A stretch of DNA of 64,000 nt from Candidatus Multivoradales bacterium (GCA_965223155.1 CBDCVR010000014.1:32001-96000); one strand, 5' to 3'; positions 35,986 to 47,389 are shown, numbered from the stretch's first letter. The notes: generated by a model not told the origin, from the sequence alone. Made by a program: numbers and translations.

Positions 35986-37591
35986 TCAGGCTCGGCTGGT
36001 AGAGTTCCCGAGACTCCAGACCCAGTAAATGGAGGGCGGTATTGGCGATATTGGCCAGGGTCGGCGTCCCCTCCCGCCGCAGTTGATAGTGGCTATGACC
36101 GGCGGGATCGTAGAGATACAGCGGCACCGGGCTCAGGGTGTGGGCGGTTTTGGGGCTGAGTTGCGCGCTGAGGGATTCCCATTGCTCCCAACCCTCTTGC
36201 TTGCCATCAAACATCTCGTCGCAGTTGCCGTGATCGGCAGTGATGAGCAAAATGGTGTTAGATTGCTGCGCGGCGCGCACCAGCTTGCGCAGCATCCAGT
36301 CAATCGTCTGCACCGCGATCACCGAGGCTTCTAAATCTCCCGTGTGCCCAACCATATCGCCGTTGGCGTAATTGATGCGGCCGAAGTCAAAACTGCCGCT
36401 GAGCATGCGCTGCACGGTGGCGTCGGTAATTTCGCTTGCCTTCATCCACGGGCGCTGATCAAAGCTAATGCCTTCGTCCGAGGGAATTTGCACGTATTCC
36501 TCTAACGCCTTGTCGATATAGCCCGAGCGGTTGCCATTCCAAAAATAGGTGACATGCCCGAACTTTTGCGTTTCACTGCAGGCGAACTGACGCAGCTTGT
36601 TTTCGACCAAATACTCGCTCAGGGTATGGTCGATTTGGGGCGGCGAAACGAGGTATTTATTGGGGATTTTGAGATCGCCGTCGTATTCCATCATGCCCGC
36701 GTAATAGACGTCCGGCACGCGGACGCGATCGATTTGCGGCAAGTCCGGTTCGCAAAACGCGCGCGAAATTTCCATGCCCCGGTCGCCGCGGAAGTTGAAG
36801 AAAATGACGCCGTCGCCGTCGTGAATCGGCCCCACGGGATTGCCGTCCGCATCGGCGATGACAAACTCGGGCAAGTACTGATCCGTAAGGCTGGCGTCCT
36901 TGCGAAATTCCTGCAGCGCCGCGCCTAGGGAGGGAAAGCGTTGCCCCTCGCCGAGGACGTGCACGCGCCAGCCGCGCTCCACCATGCCCCAATCGGCCTC
37001 GTAGCGGTCCATGGTAATGCGCATACGCCCACCGCCTGAGGCGGGCTGTACATCAAAGCTGTCGGCGCGCAACTGCGACAGAATTTTTTCCAAGTGTTCG
37101 ACGTAAATCTCCGCCGATTTTTCGCCTACATCGCGGCCGTCGAACAACACGTGAATGCGCACTTTGCGCACGCCGTCCTGCTTGGCCTGCGCCAGCATCT
37201 TATGCAAATGATTCTCGTGCGAATGCACATTGCCGTCGGAAAGCAGGCCGAGAAAGTGCAGCGTGCTGTCGTTTTCCCGCACCTGACGCACCATGTCGCG
37301 CCAGGTATTGTCCGCAAATATACTGCCGGATTCGATGGCGTTGTTGACCAGTTTGGCGCCCTGATCAAAGACGCGGCCGGCGCCGAGAGCGTTGTGCCCG
37401 ACTTCGCTATTGCCGATATCCGAGTCGCTCGGCAAGCCCACGGCCGTGCCGTGCGCCTGCAGAGTGGTATAGAGCCCGTTGGTTTTGAGCCAATGCATCG
37501 TCGGCGTCCAGGCCAAGCTCACGGCGTTGCCGTAGCGCTCCTCTCGTTCGCCGACGCCGTCCATGACCACGACTAGCACGCGTTTATCCAT
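35972..37591 (-). CDS. gpmI: 2,3-bisphosphoglycerate-independent phosphoglycerate mutase
   Basis: VMDGVG, GNSEVGH, SDGNVHSH, NFRGDR, ETQKFGHVT, DMVGHTG and TADHGN motifs. Confidence 0.95.
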   Translation of the reverse strand: MDKRVLVVVMDGVGEREERYGNAVSLAWTPTMHWLKTNGLYTTLQAHGTAVGLPSDSDIGNSEVGHNALGAGRVFDQGAKLVNNAIESGSIFADNTWRDMVRQVRENDSTLHFLGLLSDGNVHSHENHLHKMLAQAKQDGVRKVRIHVLFDGRDVGEKSAEIYVEHLEKILSQLRADSFDVQPASGGGRMRITMDRYEADWGMVERGWRVHVLGEGQRFPSLGAALQEFRKDASLTDQYLPEFVIADADGNPVGPIHDGDGVIFFNFRGDRGMEISRAFCEPDLPQIDRVRVPDVYYAGMMEYDGDLKIPNKYLVSPPQIDHTLSEYLVENKLRQFACSETQKFGHVTYFWNGNRSGYIDKALEEYVQIPSDEGISFDQRPWMKASEITDATVQRMLSGSFDFGRINYANGDMVGHTGDLEASVIAVQTIDWMLRKLVRAAQQSNTILLITADHGNCDEMFDGKQEGWEQWESLSAQLSPKTAHTLSPVPLYLYDPAGHSHYQLRREGTPTLANIANTALHLLGLESRELYQPSLITTV

Positions 37592-37679
37592 GATATCCTC
37601 GATAGGTTATGATCATTGAATTTTGCAAACAGTATTGCGATTGCACTTAAATCTACCACGTTTGCCGGCGCCCTGCCGC

Positions 37680-38612
37680 CTAGCGGCGCATCATGCCAAA
37701 GCTAAATCCCGTCACCAAATGCTTCTGAATGAGCATGCCGAGGATCATCACCGGCACGGTGATCACGGTGCCAATGGCCGCCTGCGGGCCGTAGAGACGC
37801 CCCTCAACGGCGCTCTGAAATTTGTTGAGCAGCACCGGCAGGGTGGACACTTGCGGCTGCGTCAAGGTCAGCGCCAGTAGGAATTCGCTCCAATTCAAGA
37901 TGAAGATGAATAGGAAGGTCACGACCATCCCCGAGGCCACCAGGGGCAACACCACGCGACTGAGCGTGTACAGACGGCCCGCACCCATGAGTCGCGCGGC
38001 GTGTTCGAGTGTGTAGGGCACTTCATCAATAAAGCTCAGCATCATCCAGATGACAAACGGCAGCGTCGTCGCCACGTAGAGCAAGCCGAGGCCAATGTAG
38101 GTGTCGTACAGGCTGACGCGCACGCCTAATAAGAGCTGCGTGGTGTAGGGAATCAAGATGGCGTAATACATCAAAATTGGGATGGCGATGACAATCGGCG
38201 GCACCATGCGGATCATCAGCACCACGTAGCGAAAATTGCGCCCTCCGACATTGAAGCGGGAGATCGAATAGGCCAGGAACGTCCCGAGAAACAGCGCGAC
38301 GAACGAACTCGTCAGCGCAATGATGAGCGAATCGCCGACCGCCTTCCAAATGCTGTAGACCTGATCCGTGGCCTCGCGGCTCAGCGCCGCGCCGCGCGCG
38401 CCGACGGCGAAAATTTGCTTGTAGTTGTACAGCGTCGGTTGATGCGGCAGCCAGTGTGGCGGCCAACTCACCCACTCGCCGCTCCCTTTAAAGGACGTCG
38501 AGATCATCCAGAAGGTGGGAAACAGCACAATGGCGGCCCAGAGAATCAGGATGGCGTGGCGCGCATAGCCAAAAAGACGGCGGCGCTTGGCCAGTGAACG
38601 TGTGGACGCCAT
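37680..38612 (-). CDS. Carbohydrate ABC transporter permease
   Basis: EAA-like loop LEHAARLMGA and multiple TM helices. Confidence 0.9.
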   Translation of the reverse strand: MASTRSLAKRRRLFGYARHAILILWAAIVLFPTFWMISTSFKGSGEWVSWPPHWLPHQPTLYNYKQIFAVGARGAALSREATDQVYSIWKAVGDSLIIALTSSFVALFLGTFLAYSISRFNVGGRNFRYVVLMIRMVPPIVIAIPILMYYAILIPYTTQLLLGVRVSLYDTYIGLGLLYVATTLPFVIWMMLSFIDEVPYTLEHAARLMGAGRLYTLSRVVLPLVASGMVVTFLFIFILNWSEFLLALTLTQPQVSTLPVLLNKFQSAVEGRLYGPQAAIGTVITVPVMILGMLIQKHLVTGFSFGMMRR

Positions 38613-39583
38613 TACGGACTCTCCCTTTGCTGCAACAGGGCGCGCTCTCGCACCAGCAGGTAGATGCCAGCGTAAATCAGCGCGGCAAAGAGCAGCAACA
38701 GCAGCACGGACGCCGCTGCGCCAAAGCTGTATTTATTGAATTGCCACACCTGTCGCCACAGGAAAAACGCGATGGTCTGGGTGGCTTCGCCTGGGCCGCC
38801 AAAGGTAAGCAGCACCGCCTGATCAAAGAGCTTGAGGGCCTCCATCGAGCGAATGACCACAGCAACGATAATCGCGGGCTTGAGCAGCGGCAGTTGCACG
38901 CGCCAGAAAATCTGCCAGGGGCTGGCGCCCATGATGCGCGCCGCATGAATCAGATCGCGCGGCAAGGCGGAAAATCCCGACAGGAAAATGAGAAAGGTGA
39001 GCGACGTCCACTGCCACACGTCGGCCAAGATGATCGCCCACTGCGCCGCAACGGGGTGGGAGAGCCAGCGAATGCGCGGATCGACACCGAGCGCGTTCAA
39101 AAGCGGCGACAGCATCTGATTGAGCGGCCCTGAGTCGATGTAAATCATCGAAAAGTTGTAGCCCACCACGACCGGCACCACCATCATGGGGATGAGAAAA
39201 ATCGTGATGTAGACCCGGCGGCCGCGAAATTCTTGATGCGCCAACATAGCCAGGCAAAAGCCCAACACCAATTCGAGGCCCACCGCCACGCCCGCGAGGT
39301 AGAAGGTGCGGCCCAAGGCCCACCAAAACTCCGGCTCGCTCAGCACGCGGACGTAATTCACCAAGCCCTGAAAATAGGCTTGCTCGAAAGGCCGATTGGC
39401 GCGCCATTTCAACAGGCTGATGTACACCGTCAGCACAAACGGCAGCGCCAGGAGCAGCAAAAAGAACCCCTCGACCAGCACAAACGGAATGAGCCGAAAG
39501 ACCCGTTCCTGCGCGAGCCAGCCGAGCAGTCCACGGTGCCGCCGCCTGGCGGCGGGAAGCGCAGGTCGACTTGCCGTCGCCAT
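38612..39583 (-). CDS. Carbohydrate ABC transporter permease
   Basis: DVWQWT, LIHAARIMGA and GGPG motifs. Confidence 0.9.
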   Translation of the reverse strand: MATASRPALPAARRRHRGLLGWLAQERVFRLIPFVLVEGFFLLLLALPFVLTVYISLLKWRANRPFEQAYFQGLVNYVRVLSEPEFWWALGRTFYLAGVAVGLELVLGFCLAMLAHQEFRGRRVYITIFLIPMMVVPVVVGYNFSMIYIDSGPLNQMLSPLLNALGVDPRIRWLSHPVAAQWAIILADVWQWTSLTFLIFLSGFSALPRDLIHAARIMGASPWQIFWRVQLPLLKPAIIVAVVIRSMEALKLFDQAVLLTFGGPGEATQTIAFFLWRQVWQFNKYSFGAAASVLLLLLFAALIYAGIYLLVRERALLQQRESP

Positions 39584-39603
39584 CTGAGAGCTACCCCCTG
39601 ACC

Positions 39604-41073
39604 CTAGAATTGGTCGATATAGGCGCCGCTCGCCACGCCGCTGCGCCAGGCTTTAATCTGGGTCTTGCGCCCGATGTCCTCGGTGATCCTGTTCCAGCCG
39701 CTCTCAATGTTTTTAGCCGCGTCTTCCGCCGACATGTTGCCCTGCATCACCTGGGCGAGATTTTTGTCGAGCACATTGAAATACTCTTCATTGCCCTCCA
39801 GCATGAGCAGCGAAATGGCGTTTTTGGCATTGGCCATTGTCGTTTCGAGAAACTGTTTGCCGAATTTGGCGATCACCGCTTCGTTGGTCAGGTTCGACTG
39901 GCGCATCGGGTCCCAAAAGCCTTTACCGTCGGCAATGGCCTCATCACCCTTGGTCGGGCCTGTGAGCCACTGCAGGAAGTAGTAGGCCAATTCCGGGTGC
40001 TTGCTGTAGCGGCTGATCATATAGCTGGTGCCTGCAGCCTGCGGCGCGCGCCGCACCAACTTGCCGTCGATCTCGACACCAGGAATGACGCAACTGAGCT
40101 GGTGCCCCTGAATTTTGCTCTGGGGATTCTTGTTGCCATAGCCCACGATCGAGGGGAACGACATCACGGAAAACGCCTGGCCGCTGGCCCAAAAGGGGTA
40201 GATTTGCGGCGTGCCCCAACCCTGGATGTCGGGCGGCATGTACTGGACGATGGAGGTAAACGCCTTGATCGCCTCAACGCCGCGCGGGGTATTGACCTGT
40301 GGATTCATGTCCTTGTCGAAGAGCAGCCCGCCGAAGTACGCAGGGAAGTGGCGATAGGAAAAATTGATGGCCCGGTAACCCATGGCGCCGTAGAGGCCCT
40401 GCTCAAACGTCTTGCCCCAGCGCGTCGCGCCCTTTTCAGTGTGGAAAAAGCTGGCCATTTCCTCCCACTGCGCCATGGTGTCGGGACAGGCTAACTCGCG
40501 GCCGAATTTGGCCTTAAATTCCTCCTTCACGCCCGGCAAGTCGATGATGTCCTGGCGCAACACCAAAATGAGGTGATCGCCGTCGAGCAAGAGGAGATAG
40601 AGCTGATCATTATAGGATTGCTGCGCGCGCAGCGCCGGTTCAATGCCGGAAAAATCGGGTTTGCCCTTGGCGGCGTACTCGTCCATCGGCACGATAACGC
40701 CCGCGCCCGCCGCATCAGGAACGACATACGGAAATTGGTTGAAGATGTCGTACTGCCCCGTCTTGGCCACCGCCTCGGCCATGATCTTGGCCGGGATATC
40801 GGTGTAGCCGTACTCCACGAACTTCATTTTCACCCCGGTCAGCTCTTCCCACTGCTGAGCGTACTTGGGCATAGAGTTTTTAAAGAGCGAGATGAGCAAC
40901 ATGGTGAGCGATGGATCTTCTAGATTGTTCTCCTCAATATAAGCCTTGGCGCCGTTGATGGCGCGCTCTTCCACTGTGTCGCCGGGCAACGTTTGCGCCC
41001 CTGCCGCCGACAGCATGAGGCCGACACTGCAACACATAACGAGGATCGCGAATCCGATGCGTTGTAACTTCAT
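39604..41073 (-). CDS. Carbohydrate ABC transporter substrate-binding protein
   Basis: Signal peptide and WEELTGVK; located inside the ABC operon. Confidence 0.85.
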   Translation of the reverse strand: MKLQRIGFAILVMCCSVGLMLSAAGAQTLPGDTVEERAINGAKAYIEENNLEDPSLTMLLISLFKNSMPKYAQQWEELTGVKMKFVEYGYTDIPAKIMAEAVAKTGQYDIFNQFPYVVPDAAGAGVIVPMDEYAAKGKPDFSGIEPALRAQQSYNDQLYLLLLDGDHLILVLRQDIIDLPGVKEEFKAKFGRELACPDTMAQWEEMASFFHTEKGATRWGKTFEQGLYGAMGYRAINFSYRHFPAYFGGLLFDKDMNPQVNTPRGVEAIKAFTSIVQYMPPDIQGWGTPQIYPFWASGQAFSVMSFPSIVGYGNKNPQSKIQGHQLSCVIPGVEIDGKLVRRAPQAAGTSYMISRYSKHPELAYYFLQWLTGPTKGDEAIADGKGFWDPMRQSNLTNEAVIAKFGKQFLETTMANAKNAISLLMLEGNEEYFNVLDKNLAQVMQGNMSAEDAAKNIESGWNRITEDIGRKTQIKAWRSGVASGAYIDQF

Positions 41074-41107
41074 ATCTCTTCCCTTTCTGGCACTCTGGTT
41101 AACACGG

Positions 41108-42193
41108 TCATTCGATACGGGCGCCATCGTGGGCGTCAAAGAACAGGACGCCGCTGGGGTTGCAGGAAAAGTGAATAGCGTCGCCCGCGCGATAGGCGCA
41201 GTCGCCATCCGCTTTGGCGACGAGCGGCGCCTCGCCGCCGTAGTCGATAAACACCAAGGTGGCGTCGCCTAGGGGCTCGGTCAGCGCGACCCGCCCCGGC
41301 GCGCCGCTTGCGCCCAGAACGATATGTTCGGCGCGCACCCCGAGGTGGACGTCGCGTCCGGCCACGGCGCCAGAGGCCGCTTGCGCCCCTAGCTCCAGCG
41401 CCAACTGCGGGGCGCGAAACTCATAGCCCCCCTCGGAGCCCCCAGAGTCGTGAACCTGCCCCTGAATGGTGTTCATCGCCGGCATGCCAAAGAAGCTCGC
41501 AACAAATAAATTGGCTGGCTGCCGGTAGATTTCCAGCGGCGTGCCGAGCTGCTGGATGCGCCCGGCTTGCATCACCATGATGCGATCGGCCATGGTCATC
41601 GCCTCGGCCTGGTCGTGCGTCACGTACACGAACGTCGAGCCGAGCTGGTCGTGTAAGCCCTTGAGTTCCGTGCGCATCTCAACGCGCAACTTGGCGTCGA
41701 GGCTCGATAGCGGCTCATCCAACAGCAAGACGTCCGGATTGGTAATCGTCGTGCGGGCGAGGGCGACGCGCTGCGCTTCGCCGCCGGAGCACTGCGCCGG
41801 CTTGTTCGACAACAGGTGGGCGATGCGAAACGTTTCCGCCGCCTGCGCGACGCGTTGGCGCACTTGCGCCTGCGGAACTTTTTGCACCCGCAGGCCAAAG
41901 GCGATATTCTCAAACACGGTCATGTGGGGAAATAGGGCGAGATTCTGGAACACCATGCCCAGGCCGCGATCGCCGGGCTCGACGTCATTGACCACCTCGT
42001 CGCCAATGATGACCTGACCGCTGGTGGGCTGCTCCAGGCCGGAGATCATGTTCAGAGTCGTGGTCTTGCCGCACCCCGATGGACCGACGAAAATCATGAA
42101 TTCGCCGTCCGTAATGTCGAGGTTGACGCCCGCTACCGCCGTGACGTCGGGCGCAAAGGTTTTCACTAAATTTTCGAGCTTGATACGGGCCAC
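41108..42193 (-). CDS. Carbohydrate ABC transporter ATP-binding protein (MalK-like)
   Basis: GPSGCGKT, VFQNLALFPHM, SGGEAQR and LLDEP motifs; C-terminal TOBE-like part. Confidence 0.93.
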   Translation of the reverse strand: MARIKLENLVKTFAPDVTAVAGVNLDITDGEFMIFVGPSGCGKTTTLNMISGLEQPTSGQVIIGDEVVNDVEPGDRGLGMVFQNLALFPHMTVFENIAFGLRVQKVPQAQVRQRVAQAAETFRIAHLLSNKPAQCSGGEAQRVALARTTITNPDVLLLDEPLSSLDAKLRVEMRTELKGLHDQLGSTFVYVTHDQAEAMTMADRIMVMQAGRIQQLGTPLEIYRQPANLFVASFFGMPAMNTIQGQVHDSGGSEGGYEFRAPQLALELGAQAASGAVAGRDVHLGVRAEHIVLGASGAPGRVALTEPLGDATLVFIDYGGEAPLVAKADGDCAYRAGDAIHFSCNPSGVLFFDAHDGARIE

Positions 42194-42323
42194 GCGCCCC
42201 TCTCTGGCTGCTATGACATCTTATGATTGCAAAGCCGGATGTCTTGGCGTTACAACTGTCTGAATGGCGCCACCATACGCGTGGCGATGCTTTCATGTCA
42301 AGATCAAATTGAGGAGCCTAACA

Positions 42324-42989
42324 ATGCCTTGCCGCGCTGTCATCTTTGACATGGATGGCTTGATGCTGGATACCGAACGCCTGCGCAAAAACCTGTATGA
42401 ACGCGTCGCCGCCGAGCACGGCATGACCCTGCCCGAGGGCGTCTACCTGCAAACCATTGGGCGCACGGTGCAGGATTCGCGCATGATTTTCGCCGAACAT
42501 ATGGGGGCGGACTTCCCCTATGAGACCCTGCGCCTCAAACGCCGCGATATGGAGTACGCCTACATCGATCAGCACGGCGCGCCGACCAAGCCCGGCTTGT
42601 CCTCGCTGTTGGATTGGCTAGAAACGCGCGCCACGCCCCGCGCCGTGGCCACCTCGTCGGGCCGGGCCGCGGCCGATCGCCTGCTGCAATCCGCCGGGGT
42701 AAGAGCGCGCTTTGAGATTGTCGTCGGCGGCGATGACGTGGCAAACGGCAAACCCGAGCCCGATCTATTTCTGCTAGCGGCCGAGCGCCTGGGCGTGGCG
42801 CCTTCCGATTGCGTCGTGTTGGAGGATTCTGGCCCCGGCATTCGCGCCGCGCATCGCGCCGGCATGACGCCGATCCTGGTGCCCGATCTGCAGCAGCCGA
42901 CAGACGAGGTGCAAGCGCTCGCCCATCGCGTCTGCAAATCACTACACGAAGCGCAAGCTGTGCTGATGACTCTGCTCGCGCCACACTAA
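42324..42989 (+). CDS. HAD-family phosphatase
   Basis: IFDMDG, ATSS, KPEPD and LEDS motifs. Confidence 0.92.
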   Translation: MPCRAVIFDMDGLMLDTERLRKNLYERVAAEHGMTLPEGVYLQTIGRTVQDSRMIFAEHMGADFPYETLRLKRRDMEYAYIDQHGAPTKPGLSSLLDWLETRATPRAVATSSGRAAADRLLQSAGVRARFEIVVGGDDVANGKPEPDLFLLAAERLGVAPSDCVVLEDSGPGIRAAHRAGMTPILVPDLQQPTDEVQALAHRVCKSLHEAQAVLMTLLAPH

Positions 42990-43002
42990 CTCAATCATCA
43001 AC

Positions 43003-43902
43003 TCAATCTTCGGGCCGCCAATGCGGAATGCGCGACCTCAAACGCTCGAAGCCAAGTTCCGCCCAAAGCGGATCGACGGCCGCCGCGATGGCCCCGCGAT
43101 AGCGAAACGCCTCGGCGTCGTACTCCGCCGGGGCATCCGTAGCGATGGTGGCGAGCTGCTTCGACAGCCGGGCCTTCTCTTCCTCTGCGTCCAGTTTTTG
43201 CCGCAGCGACTTGGCGCCGCGAATCGGCAGCGTCGCCACGCGGTCGAGGTCCTCGTAAATCGCTTCAAGCGACGGAAAAGCTTGCAGCAGCGCCGTCGCC
43301 GTCTTCGCCCCCACGCCCTTGACGCCGGGAATATTATCCACCGCATCGCCTTGCAAGCCGAGCAGATCGGGAATTTGTTCGGGCCGCACGCCCATGTGCG
43401 CCGCCACCTCCTCCACGCCATAGCGGCGGTCGCGGGCGAAATCGTAAAACGACACGCGCGGCGACACCAACTGCATCAAATCTTTATCATTGGACACCAC
43501 CACGACCGTAGCCCCTTGCTCGACCGCCTGCTGCGCCAGCGTCCCCACGAGATCATCCGCCTCATAGCGCTGGTCGGCGAACACCGGCAACCCCAAGGCC
43601 CGCGCCACCGCCTGACAGTCATGCAGTTGCTGCTCCAACTCGGGAGGCGGCAACTCGCGATTGGCTTTATACGGCGCAAAAAAATCATTGCGAAACGACG
43701 TCGTCAAGCTCTCATCAAACGCCACCGCAGCATGCGTCAGCGGCTCTTGACGCAACAACTGCATGAGAAACGTCGCAAAGCCATACACCGCATGCACCGG
43801 CCGCCCCTGCGCGCTAAGACGCTCCGGCAGCGCAAAATACGCCCGAAACACATACGGCAACGCATCAACCAAATAAAGCACCGGCGCCCCACTTTCCCCC
43901 AT
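43003..43902 (-). CDS. Stand-alone 5'-3' exonuclease / flap endonuclease
   Basis: FRAYF, YKANR, EADD, DKDL and GDAVDNIPGVKGVGAKTA motifs. Confidence 0.92.
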   Translation of the reverse strand: MGESGAPVLYLVDALPYVFRAYFALPERLSAQGRPVHAVYGFATFLMQLLRQEPLTHAAVAFDESLTTSFRNDFFAPYKANRELPPPELEQQLHDCQAVARALGLPVFADQRYEADDLVGTLAQQAVEQGATVVVVSNDKDLMQLVSPRVSFYDFARDRRYGVEEVAAHMGVRPEQIPDLLGLQGDAVDNIPGVKGVGAKTATALLQAFPSLEAIYEDLDRVATLPIRGAKSLRQKLDAEEEKARLSKQLATIATDAPAEYDAEAFRYRGAIAAAVDPLWAELGFERLRSRIPHWRPED

Positions 43903-43934
43903 CTTCCCTTCCTCCCTCTTCTCCTCTTTGTCTT

Positions 43935-43961
43935 CCTTCGCGCCCTTCGTGTCCTTCGTGG
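43935..43961. repeat. Three 9-bp tandem units CCTTCG(C/T)GN inside a pyrimidine-rich tract
   Basis: CCTTCGCGC CCTTCGTGT CCTTCGTGG. Confidence 0.7.
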
Positions 43962-44086
43962 ATCCCTCTTCTTTCTTAGGTCTTACATCATACAGCCTCC
44001 CCCGCCGGATTGCCCGCCCTCGCCCCCTGTGCTATGCTAGCGCCGCTACCCCAACCCCACACCCGCGCCATAAGGAGCACGCAACC

Positions 44087-44458
44087 ATGGCCGCACCGAC
44101 CCTAGACTTCGACTGGCTCTTAGAGCACGCCACCACCATCGCCTTCGATCCCGCCCGCCCTAGCATCTACGCCTTCAGCTTAGGGCTGTCCCCGGAGGCA
44201 TTGACCACGCACGTGCTGACCCCCATGCAGGCCGCGGGTCTGTTCAACGTCGCCGAGGTCAAAGTGCTCGACGACAACATGCGCGGCCAATACCGCGGTC
44301 AATTGCCGCGCGTCGCCCTCACCGTCTTCGAAGCGGCGGGCTGCCCATGCGGCATCGTCTTAACGTATCACGACCGCTTCAAACCCGACCTGTCCCAGTA
44401 CGAAGCGTGGTCACAATTTTGGCACGCGCGGCAGCTCGCCCAGGCGCAAGGCGCCTAA
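44087..44458 (+). CDS. Hypothetical protein
   Basis: TAAGGAG SD, TGCTATGCT extended -10 at about 44030 and host-like codon use. Confidence 0.65.
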   Translation: MAAPTLDFDWLLEHATTIAFDPARPSIYAFSLGLSPEALTTHVLTPMQAAGLFNVAEVKVLDDNMRGQYRGQLPRVALTVFEAAGCPCGIVLTYHDRFKPDLSQYEAWSQFWHARQLAQAQGA

Positions 44459-44487
44459 CGGCAAATTTTCAACAGGAGATTCAACAC

Positions 44488-45069
44488 GTGGAAACCATTG
44501 GATTCATCGGTCTAGGCAATATGGGCATGGGCATGGCCGGCAACATTCAAAAAGCCGACTACCCCATGGTCGTTTTCGATATTCGCGACGAGATGACGCG
44601 GCCCTTTGTCGACCAAGGCGCCAAGTTGGCGACATCGGCGGCCGACGTAGCGCGGCAAAGCGACATCACCTTCACCTCCCTGCCGGGTCCGGCGGAAGTC
44701 GAAGCCGTCGCCCTCGGCGCCGCTGGCGTCTTGGAAGGCATCCAGCCCGGCGCCGTGTACGTCGACTTATCCACTAGCCGGCCGACGCTCATCCGTCAAA
44801 TTGAGCCCCAATTTCGCGCCAAAGGCGCGCACGTGCTCGACGCCCCAGTTAGCGGCGGCAAGACCGGCGCGGCGACGCGCAACTTGGCGGTCATGGTAGG
44901 CGGCGAGAAGGCGATCTTCGACCGCATTAAACCCGTGCTCGACGCCTTTGGCGACAAGGTTTTTTACGCCGGCGACATCGGCGCCGGCTCCGTCTGCAAA
45001 CTGGTGCACAACATGATCGGTCACGGCATTCGCCAGGCCATCGCCGAGGGCCTGACGTTGGGCGTCAAA
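44488..45069 (+). CDS. 3-hydroxyisobutyrate dehydrogenase-family oxidoreductase, truncated at the junction
   Basis: GFIGLGNMG, DAPVSGG and CKLVHN motifs; the family pattern stops at AEGLTLGVK. Confidence 0.88.
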
Positions 45070-45080
45070 GAGCCAGGCCC
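45060..45080. other. Junction of two unrelated DNA fragments
   Basis: Two convergent genes are both cut at the same base; GC content and codon usage shift here. Confidence 0.85.
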
Positions 45081-45452
45081 GGCGCTCTTCGTCGGTCAGA
45101 AGGTACTCGGGGTACATGTCCAGGAACGGCTCGGGCTCGACCGGCAGCTGGGCGAAGAAGTTCGTCGGCTTCTGGTAGACACCGCCGAACCAGGTGGAGT
45201 GAGCCGCGAGATCGACGCCCTCGATCTTCTGCATCCGGTCTTTGTAGGCCTCGGGCAGGAGCCGGATGAGCGAGACCTTGTGCCGCACGATCAAGCGATC
45301 CACGCCGGCGACCTCGACGCCGGCGCTGAAGGCCACTCGCACCGCGGCCAGGTAGCCGAAGAGCATGAAGGCCACCAGAATCGACAAGACCGTGAGCGCG
45401 GTACGCAGCTTGCGCCGCTTCAGGTTCGACAGCAGCAGACGCAGGTACTTCA

Positions 45453-45453
<1 letters not shown>
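45070..45453 (-). CDS. MacB/FtsX-type ABC permease, N-terminal part only (truncated at the junction)
   Basis: NLKRRKLRTALTVLSI and WFGGVYQ motifs; only 128 codons before the junction. Confidence 0.85.
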
Positions 45454-46150
<697 letters not shown>

Positions 46151-46154
<4 letters not shown>

Positions 46155-47389
46155 TCGGCCTCCTCGGCAATCCTAACGCGTTCGCCGTCTTCCAGATCCG
46201 ACGGCGGCTCCAGGACGACGCTCTCGCCCGCGCTCAGCCCGGCCTCGATGTCTACCCCGGCCTCGTCCCCGCCGGCCACCGTCACCGCGCGCCGCTCCAG
46301 GCGGTCCCCGGCGACCACGAAGACCACGTCCCGCCCGTCCGCCTCGACTACGGCCGCGCCCGGAACGCGAACTCGCCGGGCTCCCGCGACATCCGCCGCG
46401 CCCACCGCGGGCGTCTCGGCCCCCTGGAAGGCAACCTTGACTCCCATGTCGGGCAGGATGCGCGGATCCAACTGGTCGAAACCGACGCGCACCTGGACCG
46501 TAGCCTTCTGTCGGTCCGCGGTCGGAATGATCGCGATCACCCGGGTCGGGATCTTCCAATCCGGATACGCGTCCAGAGTCGCCACCACTCGTTGACCGGC
46601 CGCCACTCGATTGATGTACGCCTCATTGACGTCTACTTCGATCTCGAGAGAGGTCATGTCCACGATGGTGCCGATGCCGGTACGGGTAAAGCCGCCGCCG
46701 GCCGAGGTCGGCGAGATCATCTCCCCGGGCTGCGCGTTCTTGGCGACGATGACGCCGGCAAAGGGCGCCCGGATGACGGTGTCTTCGAACTGCTGGCGGA
46801 TCACTCCCAGGCGCCGCTCGGCCACGCGGATCTCCTCGAGCTGGCTGTCGCGCCGAGCCTCGAGCGCGTTGACCTCGGCCTGGGCCGCGTCCACGCTCTC
46901 CTGGCTGGCGATTCGATCGCCGGCAAGCCGCTCGGCCCGATCCAGATCCAGCTCGGCCTTCGCCAGCCGGACCCGAATCTCCTCGAGGTCCGAGCGGGCG
47001 GCCACCAGCTCGGCCTCGTTCAGCCGCAGCGACGTGCCGACGTTGCTGGCATCCAGCCGGGCCAGGACGTCGCCCTCGGCAACCGCCATACCCTCCTCGA
47101 TCAGAACCTCCAGTACCTTGCCGGTCACTTTGGACGAGACCGTCGCCTGTCGGCGGGCGGTCACGTAGCCGCTGGCGTTCAAGACCGTCGCCGCGCCGCC
47201 GCCGGCCGAAACCTCCCGAGCCGTCGCGACGCGGACTTCGGCGGGGCGCGGGCGCAATGCCCACCAGCCCGCGGCCGCCAGCACCAGGAGCGCCGCGGCC
47301 GCCAGCACCAGGCCACGCCGAGAGCCGGAGCCGGTTTCCTCCGAGCGCTCGATGCGCAGCGCGTCCAGCTTGTCTTTCATCTGCGTCAC
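46151..47389 (-). CDS. Efflux periplasmic adaptor subunit (MacA-like)
   Basis: [16 protein letters not shown] and IRAPFAG motifs with a coiled coil; GTGA overlap with the upstream gene and GGAGGA SD. Confidence 0.92.
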
